This document shows, piece by piece, positions 57,112 to 64,000 of a stretch of 64,000 nucleotides of DNA (the first letter of the stretch is position 1; each line of letters begins with the position of its first letter). The notes beneath the pieces were generated by a model. The model had not been told where the DNA came from. It did not search any database and saw only the letters and a list, made by a program, of their open reading frames with translations. This DNA comes from Candidatus Eiseniibacteriota bacterium (GTDB lineage: Bacteria > Eisenbacteria > RBG-16-71-46 > CAIMUX01 > VGJL01): the NCBI GenBank assembly GCA_963792585.1, contig CAWBWI010000003.1:928001-992000 (forward strand). The letters are read 5' to 3'. A program made the position numbers and the translations under genes.

Positions 57112-59592
57112 TCAAGCTCCCGGGAGAAGGCCAAAGAAGACATCCGCGTCCACGGCGCCGCGAAAATCGGCGGGATGCCGGGCGGGGATCGTGATCCGGT
57201 GCGGGTCGCCCTCGACAAGCCACAGGAGTCCGTACAGGTGGCGGAAGCCGTGCATCTCGAGATCTGCGGGCTCGAGAGTGTCGACCGCGACCTCGCCCGA
57301 CGCCGAGCGCCAGTGCAGCCTGATGCCTGCGAGCCGCAGGGCTTCGCCGACCGTGCCGATGCTGATCGCAAAGCCTCCCGGCGGGCGGTCGTCAACGGTG
57401 AGGGTGAAACGCTGCCAGCGCCTGCCGCGATGGTTGAGCGTGTACGAGACGGTGCTGGACTGGCGCCGTGTGAATCCGGCGCCCGAGTCCCACCAGAACG
57501 TCGCCTCGCGCGGAGCTTCGGCAGCCTCGAAGATTTCCGGCGGCACGGTGCGCATGTATATGTGCGCAACGGCGTCCCCCAGCCCTTGCGACATCGAGGC
57601 GGCGAGCCCGAACGGCCAGTATATCCGGGTGTGCGGCAGACTCGCGAGCTGGTGGGCGGAGATATGTTCCCGCTCCCACTCGTGCATTCCGACGGAGGTA
57701 AGGAGCGTTCGAACTTCTTCCGAGCCGAAGTTCTCGTCGTGACTCCAGGCGCCGAAGAGCTCCAGCTCGATCGGTAGCGGCTGCGCAACGGCGTTCATCG
57801 CGATCGATCGGTAGAGCGTGTGGAGCGACTCCACGTCCGAGATGCCGTGCGCGGCCCGGTGCGCCGCCCAACCGCGCGCCCAGTTCAGCAACCCGCGCTG
57901 CACATCGGCGATTGCCAGCCGCTGAGCAGACGCGACGTGCAGGGCGTCCAGCACCGGAGTGCCGTCCTCCGCGTGACCGATCGTCGTGCCGCAATCGGCC
58001 ATCAGGCTCTGCTCGGCGATCTCGGGCGACCGCACGAACGTGTGCGCCATGCAGGTCGGCTGGCCGTTTTCCGCAAGCCAGCCCTCGAGCACCGTACCCG
58101 TACGCTGGGTCTCGGAAGCCTCGGTCCCGGTGACCAGGTAGAGCCCGTGAAGCGCGAGCCCCTTGCGTTCGCGGGCCAGGATCCGTTGCAGGCAACCTTG
58201 GATGGTGCCCTTGTAGCCCAGGTCGACCACTGCGACCGTTCCGCCGTACTCGGGGCCGAGCAGCGAATCCAGGTGCGCGAGGAGCCGGTTGCGGGTCACG
58301 CGACTCTCATCGACCACCTTGCGCCGGAGATCGTGATCCCGCGCGATTCGCCTGACGAGGGCCATGCACTCCGCAGGCTGCAAGCGCTCATCCGGGTCGC
58401 CAGGGACATCGTCGACAGTGAGCCCCAGTTGCCGGAGGATGCGACCGCGGAGCTGCGCGGACGGGCGGAGCACGAATGCCCGAAGCTCATCTTCCGATCC
58501 ATCGATGATGGCCGACTTGAGGGTGACGTAGCGTGACACAAAGCACTCATGCGTGATCGGTCCGTCCGAGTGGGTGTCGATGACCTGCTTGAAGACACGG
58601 CCCTCCCGCATGAGGCAGAGGGCATGCCGGATCTTGAGATCGGCGCAGCGTTCCACCACCCAGTCGCCGAATCCGGCGATCACCGGCCCAAGGACGCCGG
58701 CTCCCCAGCGTTCATGGGGCGACACGTCCTGGAACAGGGCGCGACCGCGCAGCGCGGTGAGGCCCGCATCATCGGCGCGGACAAACTCCTCACGGCGGCT
58801 CAGCGACGCCGGCCATTCTCGCGTGATCAACCGCTCGTATTCCGGAGGGAACTTGCCGAGATGGAACCCCTCGATGCGGGACGCCTTCGGCCCCTCGACG
58901 TCCGCCTGCTCGTTGTCGCCCACGTGCAACACACGGTTGGGGGGAACCTTGCACTGGGCCAGGAGGATTCGGTGCAGCCCGTGGTACTTGGAGACGCCGT
59001 GCGCGCATGACGGGATCACGAAATCCGCCTCGATACCGGCCAGAAGACGCAATTGCGGCGCCGTGAAGTAGGTGTCGGAGACGAGCGCGACCTTGAGACC
59101 TCTGGAGCGCGCGTGCTGCGCGAGGGCCGCAACGTCAGGATGCGGCGACACGAGCGCGCGCTCGATCTCGAACTCCAAGGAGGCGCCGGCAGCGGGGCCG
59201 ACTCCGCGCAGGTAGCCGGCGGGAAACTGCTCCCAGATCTGCTCGAGCGTAACTTCCATCCCGCGCACTCGCTCGCGCGCACGGATCTCAGCCTGGATAC
59301 GAACCTGAACGAAACTGGCGCGCGTACTCGAGGGCCAGATCGCGCCACGTTCGATGAGGCTGTCGGCGATCAGGAAGAACGCATCGGTCGGCAGGGCCAC
59401 ACGCCGCCAAACCAAGGTATCGAAGACGTCGAGGCTGAGCACGTCATAGGCGCCGGACTCGATGCGCCGGGTGAGTTCGGCAATGCGGGCGTCGGCGAAC
59501 GGCGCGGCCGTAGTCGGTGAAGCCGGCGGGTTCATCGGAGCCGTCACCGTGCAACCAGTGGCCGGAACTGACGTTGGGATGGGGTTGATCAT
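57112..59592 (-). CDS. HAD-superfamily hydrolase of the type associated with glycan biosynthesis loci
   Basis: SLDVFDTLVWR, VSDTY, HVGDN..ADV, MREG, VDLGYKGTIQ. Confidence 0.85.
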   Translation of the reverse strand: MINPIPTSVPATGCTVTAPMNPPASPTTAAPFADARIAELTRRIESGAYDVLSLDVFDTLVWRRVALPTDAFFLIADSLIERGAIWPSSTRASFVQVRIQAEIRARERVRGMEVTLEQIWEQFPAGYLRGVGPAAGASLEFEIERALVSPHPDVAALAQHARSRGLKVALVSDTYFTAPQLRLLAGIEADFVIPSCAHGVSKYHGLHRILLAQCKVPPNRVLHVGDNEQADVEGPKASRIEGFHLGKFPPEYERLITREWPASLSRREEFVRADDAGLTALRGRALFQDVSPHERWGAGVLGPVIAGFGDWVVERCADLKIRHALCLMREGRVFKQVIDTHSDGPITHECFVSRYVTLKSAIIDGSEDELRAFVLRPSAQLRGRILRQLGLTVDDVPGDPDERLQPAECMALVRRIARDHDLRRKVVDESRVTRNRLLAHLDSLLGPEYGGTVAVVDLGYKGTIQGCLQRILARERKGLALHGLYLVTGTEASETQRTGTVLEGWLAENGQPTCMAHTFVRSPEIAEQSLMADCGTTIGHAEDGTPVLDALHVASAQRLAIADVQRGLLNWARGWAAHRAAHGISDVESLHTLYRSIAMNAVAQPLPIELELFGAWSHDENFGSEEVRTLLTSVGMHEWEREHISAHQLASLPHTRIYWPFGLAASMSQGLGDAVAHIYMRTVPPEIFEAAEAPREATFWWDSGAGFTRRQSSTVSYTLNHRGRRWQRFTLTVDDRPPGGFAISIGTVGEALRLAGIRLHWRSASGEVAVDTLEPADLEMHGFRHLYGLLWLVEGDPHRITIPARHPADFRGAVDADVFFGLLPGA

Positions 59593-59601
59593 GCTGCCTC
59601 G

Positions 59602-59629
59602 ATATCGGCCCGAGGCGGGTCGGAGTTGA
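59602..59629 (-). promoter_or_regulatory. Sigma28 (FliA/SigD)-type promoter
   Basis: Minus strand TCAA-N16-GCCGATAT ending 9 nt before ATG 59592. Confidence 0.55.
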
Positions 59630-59859
59630 GCAAAAATCACCAATTCCGGGTCTGGATCATGGATTTTGCACGATGGGGGAGTTCCACGGGGGGTGTGGGG
59701 CAGGGAGCGCGTGCGGGCGCTCGCCCCCAACCGGCCGCCTTCACATCGGCGGATTCGTGGCTTCGCGCCAACAACTGTCACTGCCGCAACGGAATGCCGA
59801 TGAGCCGAGGCTTTGGGCGGTCAACCCGGGGCGTGCGTCACCTTCGAGTCTGTGGCGCC

Positions 59860-60369
59860 CTAGTGCCCGTAGTCCTTCAGATAGTCGATGAACTCCTCGA
59901 CCTCGAAGGACTCGATCGGCCGGGACGGCTCGGTGTCCCCGTCCCCTTCGTCGTCGTCCTCGTCCACCGCGTCCCCTTGGGACTCGCGGAACCAGCCGCG
60001 GAGATCGGTCTCGAATTCCCCCGGGCCCTTCAGGAGTTCGTCGAACTTGCCCCACCACTCGAGATCCGCATTGTCGTCGAGGATCTCGTTGATCTCCTGG
60101 CGAAGCTTCTCGGTGAGCGCGACGGGGCGCTTCACGCGGCGGCGGATCTCCTCGAGGCCCACGGTCAGTTTGTCGAGGTCGGGCTCGGAGCCCGCGGCGT
60201 AGACGGCCGGCTCGGCGTCGACGAATGTGTCGAGCAGTTCGTCGGCCGTGCGAAACCAGGTGAAGATCCCGACGACGTCGCTGACGAAGCAGCCGAAGGG
60301 ATACTCGCGGGGATCCCGGTCGCTCGCCTCCTCCAGCACCTGCGGGAAACCGAACTCGTTCAGGTCCAT
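59860..60369 (-). CDS. Acidic hypothetical protein
   Basis: AAGGAGG SD; GC3-rich codons; follows the esterase. Confidence 0.75.
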   Translation of the reverse strand: MDLNEFGFPQVLEEASDRDPREYPFGCFVSDVVGIFTWFRTADELLDTFVDAEPAVYAAGSEPDLDKLTVGLEEIRRRVKRPVALTEKLRQEINEILDDNADLEWWGKFDELLKGPGEFETDLRGWFRESQGDAVDEDDDEGDGDTEPSRPIESFEVEEFIDYLKDYGH

Positions 60370-60380
60370 CGGATCCTCCT

Positions 60381-61385
60381 TCAGCCCGCGATTGCCTGGG
60401 AGATCAGGCCGAGCGAGCGCTCATATCGGTAGGTCACCCGCATGTGACCGTCGTCGAACTCCTCGTGCACGTGCGCGATCCCGAGCGCGCGCAGGCGGCT
60501 GGTGAAGATCCGCGCCCCGATATGGAGATTCCACTCGTCGCGCGTCCCGCAGTCAAGATAGACGAGCCGGAATCGGCGCAGGGCATCGGCCCGCCCCGCG
60601 AGCATCCGGATGGGGTCGTGGGGGAGCCAGCGCTCCCAGATCTCCGGCCGCATTTCACCCGTTTCTTCGTGGAACGGAAGATCGATGCCGAGCGCCGGGC
60701 TCAGGGGATTCGGGGAGTAGCAGGCGGACATCGCCAGGATGTTGAGGACGTCCATGCTCTCGCTCGACTTCTTGGTCTCGCGGTCGAAATGCTCGAGGAA
60801 TGCATGCACTCCGCCCCGCTTGCGCAATCCGTTGATCGCCTTCGGGAAATCGGGGAGGTAGCAGTACTCGAAATACATGTCTCCACTATGGCACGCGACG
60901 GCGCCGAAGAGCTCCGGATGCTTCATCGCGTGGACGATCGCGCCGTAGCCGCCGCTCGACTTGCCCATCACTGCGCGGTGCGCGGGATCGGCAAGCGTGC
61001 GGAAGCGCGCGTCGATCATCGGGACGATCTCGTCGACGAGGTAGTCCTCGTAGCATCCGGTTGCGCTCGAGTTGATGAACTGACTGCCCCCAAGACGGGT
61101 GAAGCAGTCGGGCATGACGAGGATCATCGGCTCCGCCAGACCCTGGGCGCGCAGCCCTTCGAGGCGCTCCGGGAGGCTCGGCGTCCACGGCTCGACGTTC
61201 ATGTACATCAGGCCGGTGCCGGTGAATCCCGTCAGGCAGTAGACGACGGGGAATCGCCGGGTGGCGTCGACGTACTCGGGGGGGAGATAGACGTGGACGT
61301 CACGCACGCAGGGATCGCCGAGCGCGTTGCCCTCGAGGGCCGCGCTCGCATGCGCGACGGCGCGGATCGTTCCCTGGATCGCCAC
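60381..61385 (-). CDS. Putative esterase (alpha/beta hydrolase, Fes-like)
   Basis: VYLPP, FPVVY.L.G, GKSSGG nucleophile elbow, DCG..D, DGH. Confidence 0.9.
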   Translation of the reverse strand: MAIQGTIRAVAHASAALEGNALGDPCVRDVHVYLPPEYVDATRRFPVVYCLTGFTGTGLMYMNVEPWTPSLPERLEGLRAQGLAEPMILVMPDCFTRLGGSQFINSSATGCYEDYLVDEIVPMIDARFRTLADPAHRAVMGKSSGGYGAIVHAMKHPELFGAVACHSGDMYFEYCYLPDFPKAINGLRKRGGVHAFLEHFDRETKKSSESMDVLNILAMSACYSPNPLSPALGIDLPFHEETGEMRPEIWERWLPHDPIRMLAGRADALRRFRLVYLDCGTRDEWNLHIGARIFTSRLRALGIAHVHEEFDDGHMRVTYRYERSLGLISQAIAG

Positions 61386-61446
61386 GGTGTCTCCCTTCCC
61401 GCCGGTCCGCGGCGGACTCTTCGGAGGCGGCGCCGGTCCTGGGGCG

Positions 61447-62365
<919 letters not shown>

Positions 62366-62369
<4 letters not shown>

Positions 62370-62839
62370 GGCTTTCCTCCTTCGGCCGTAGATCCGGCCT
62401 CCACCGGGGCGACGAACACCGTCACCCCCTCGATGCGCACCACGCGGACGCTGCGTCCGATCTCCAGCGGCACGTTTCCTTCGGCCGCCGCGCGCCACTC
62501 TTCGCCTTCCCATTTGACCCGGCCGGCCCGGTCATTGGCGATCGGCTCGCTCACGAGGACCGTACGGCCGATCAAGGCATCCGTATTGCTGGGAAGTCCC
62601 CGACGCTGCAGGCGGGCGCGGATCCGCTTGCGCCCGAGCAGGACATATGCGAGCGAGAGGATCCCTGCCGCCGCGACGCCGACGGCCGGGGAATGCGTCA
62701 GGATGCCGAGAAGACCGCCGACGAGGACCGCGGAACCGATCAGGAGGAAGTCGAAACCGCTCACGGCTCCGAGCAGGACCTCCATGAGTACGAGCGCTGC
62801 ACCGACGATGATCAAGATCCAATTGATCGATCGGGTCAT
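62366..62839 (-). CDS. NfeD family protein
   Basis: N-terminal TMs; LIGR...GRVKWEGEEWRA...VRVVRIEGVTVFV; 4-bp overlap with the SPFH gene. Confidence 0.9.
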
Positions 62840-62877
62840 GGGCACCTCCCCGAGTCCATGCGTTTACCGCATACGGG

Positions 62878-62906
62878 ACTCTAGGGTGGTCCCCCGGGGA
62901 GGTCAA
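62878..62906 (-). promoter_or_regulatory. Putative sigma70 promoter of the nfeD operon
   Basis: TTGACC-N17-TAGAGT on the minus strand. Confidence 0.45.
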
Positions 62907-63015
62907 GACGGATGACCCTGTCTGCGGATGGCCCTGTCGATGTGGCGCGGTCGCTTCCGACATGGCAGAATCCGGCGCATGCGGCCGAGCACGGCCGCGC
63001 CGGAAGGAGGCTCCC

Positions 63016-63594
63016 GTGCCCGGACCATTCCTGATCGGCAAGCGTGTCCAGCTCCGGCCATTGACGGACGAGGATGCTCCACTCCTCGCGGATTGGATCA
63101 ACGATCCGGAAATCCGCAGGCTCGTGCTTTCGCGCTTCGCGAAATCGATCAAGGACGAGAAGGAATGGCTCGCGTCGATGTCCTCGACGGGAACGCCGCA
63201 GAACATCGTCCTCGGCGTCGAGGTGAAGCGCGGCAAGCGCCTGATCGGAACGGTCGGCCTGCACACGATCGATTGGGTGCAACGTCGCGCGATGACGGGA
63301 ATCCTCATTCACCCCCTCGCCTTCCGCGGCAAAGGATACGGGACCGAGGCGAAGAACCTGATGCTCGACTACGCCTTCGGCGAGCTGGGGATGCTGTCGC
63401 TCTGGGCGCTCGCCGTGGAAGGGAACGTGGCGTCGATCAGGGCCCTGCTCGAACAGGGGTACAAGCGCAGCGGCGTCCACCGTAAGTCGACCCTCGTGCA
63501 GGGAGCCTGGGTCGACTCGATCTACTTCGACATCCTTCGCGAGGAATGGGAAGAGCTGCGCGGCGGCGCACGCAGGCGGAGGACCGGAAGGTGA
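63016..63594 (+). CDS. GNAT N-acetyltransferase (RimJ/RimL type)
   Basis: AAGGAGG SD before GTG 63016; LRPL, RGKGYGTEA, N.ASIR. Confidence 0.88.
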   Translation: MPGPFLIGKRVQLRPLTDEDAPLLADWINDPEIRRLVLSRFAKSIKDEKEWLASMSSTGTPQNIVLGVEVKRGKRLIGTVGLHTIDWVQRRAMTGILIHPLAFRGKGYGTEAKNLMLDYAFGELGMLSLWALAVEGNVASIRALLEQGYKRSGVHRKSTLVQGAWVDSIYFDILREEWEELRGGARRRRTGR

Positions 63595-64000
63595 GACGCC
63601 GCCTCCTTCTACTGCTGATCGCCCTGCTGGTCATCGCCGGTCATGCGCGGGCGAAGTCCTACTCGGCCGAGCTGTACACGAGCGAGCTTCGAATTCTCGA
63701 GGATGGAACGCTCGCCGTGACCGAGATCGTCCGCATGCGCTTCGAGCGCGGCGAGTTCACGCATCTCTGGCGGACCCTCCCCTTGCGAAGGTTGGATCGA
63801 ATCGACGGGATCGAAAGCCCCGACCCGATCCGTGTGCGGACGAATCGACAGCGGATCTCCATCCGATGGGAGTTTCCCGCGCTTCACGACACGGTTCGAA
63901 CGTTCGCGCTCTCGTACCGCGTCCACGGCGTGTTCGGGAACGCCAACGGTCGGCCGGTTCTGCGATGGGTCGCCTTCCCCCGGGAGCACGCCTACCGGAT
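63591..64000 (+). CDS. DUF2207-like exported protein; 5' part only, absent from the ORF track
   Basis: Manual translation from the GTGA overlap: MRRRLLLLLIALLVIAGHARA-KSYSAELYTSELRILEDGTLAVTEIVRMRF.RGEFT..WRTLP. Confidence 0.7.
   Translation, partial: MRRRLLLLLIALLVIAGHARAKSYSAELYTSELRILEDGTLAVTEIVRMRFERGEFTHLWRTLPLRRLDRIDGIESPDPIRVRTNRQRISIRWEFPALHDTVRTFALSYRVHGVFGNANGRPVLRWVAFPREHAYR

Overview
High-GC bacterial chromosomal window. I found no rRNA, tRNA, CRISPR array, transposase or integrase. Gene content points to an FCB-related candidate-phylum organism (Eisenbacteria/Krumholzibacteria/Latescibacteria-like; inference): four secreted proteins end in FlgD-Ig/T9SS-type-A-like domains and two end in a P(S/T)TWG-x2-(K/R)-x2-(F/Y)R tail. 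Contents in order: a partial secreted alpha/beta hydrolase; an S8 protease; a ~165-nt non-coding unit with its own promoter and terminator; small accessory genes (lipoprotein, PRC-barrel, DoxX, AAA-DUF4143); a 1101-aa barrel-plus-passenger surface protein; an EamA transporter; DinB; addAB; fpr; xth; a GlpT-like MFS; an HDOD protein; a sigma54-controlled OMP/Os1348-like/TolC/RND module; an mvhG-mvhA-protease-hdrA-mvhD-tusA hydrogenase operon without hdrBC; an MCP; two LVIVD-repeat proteins; a Tat-signal aminotransferase with a secretion-type CTD; an AraC/methyltransferase pair; a sigma28-type HAD/methyltransferase/TPR-glycosyltransferase operon; an nfeD-SPFH-esterase operon; a GNAT; and a partial DUF2207 gene. 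The most promising leads are the structured ncRNA/attenuator at ~4118-4317, the two C-terminal sorting-signal classes, and the HdrBC-less Mvh-HdrA-TusA operon. All family assignments come from motif recognition by eye, not from database searches.
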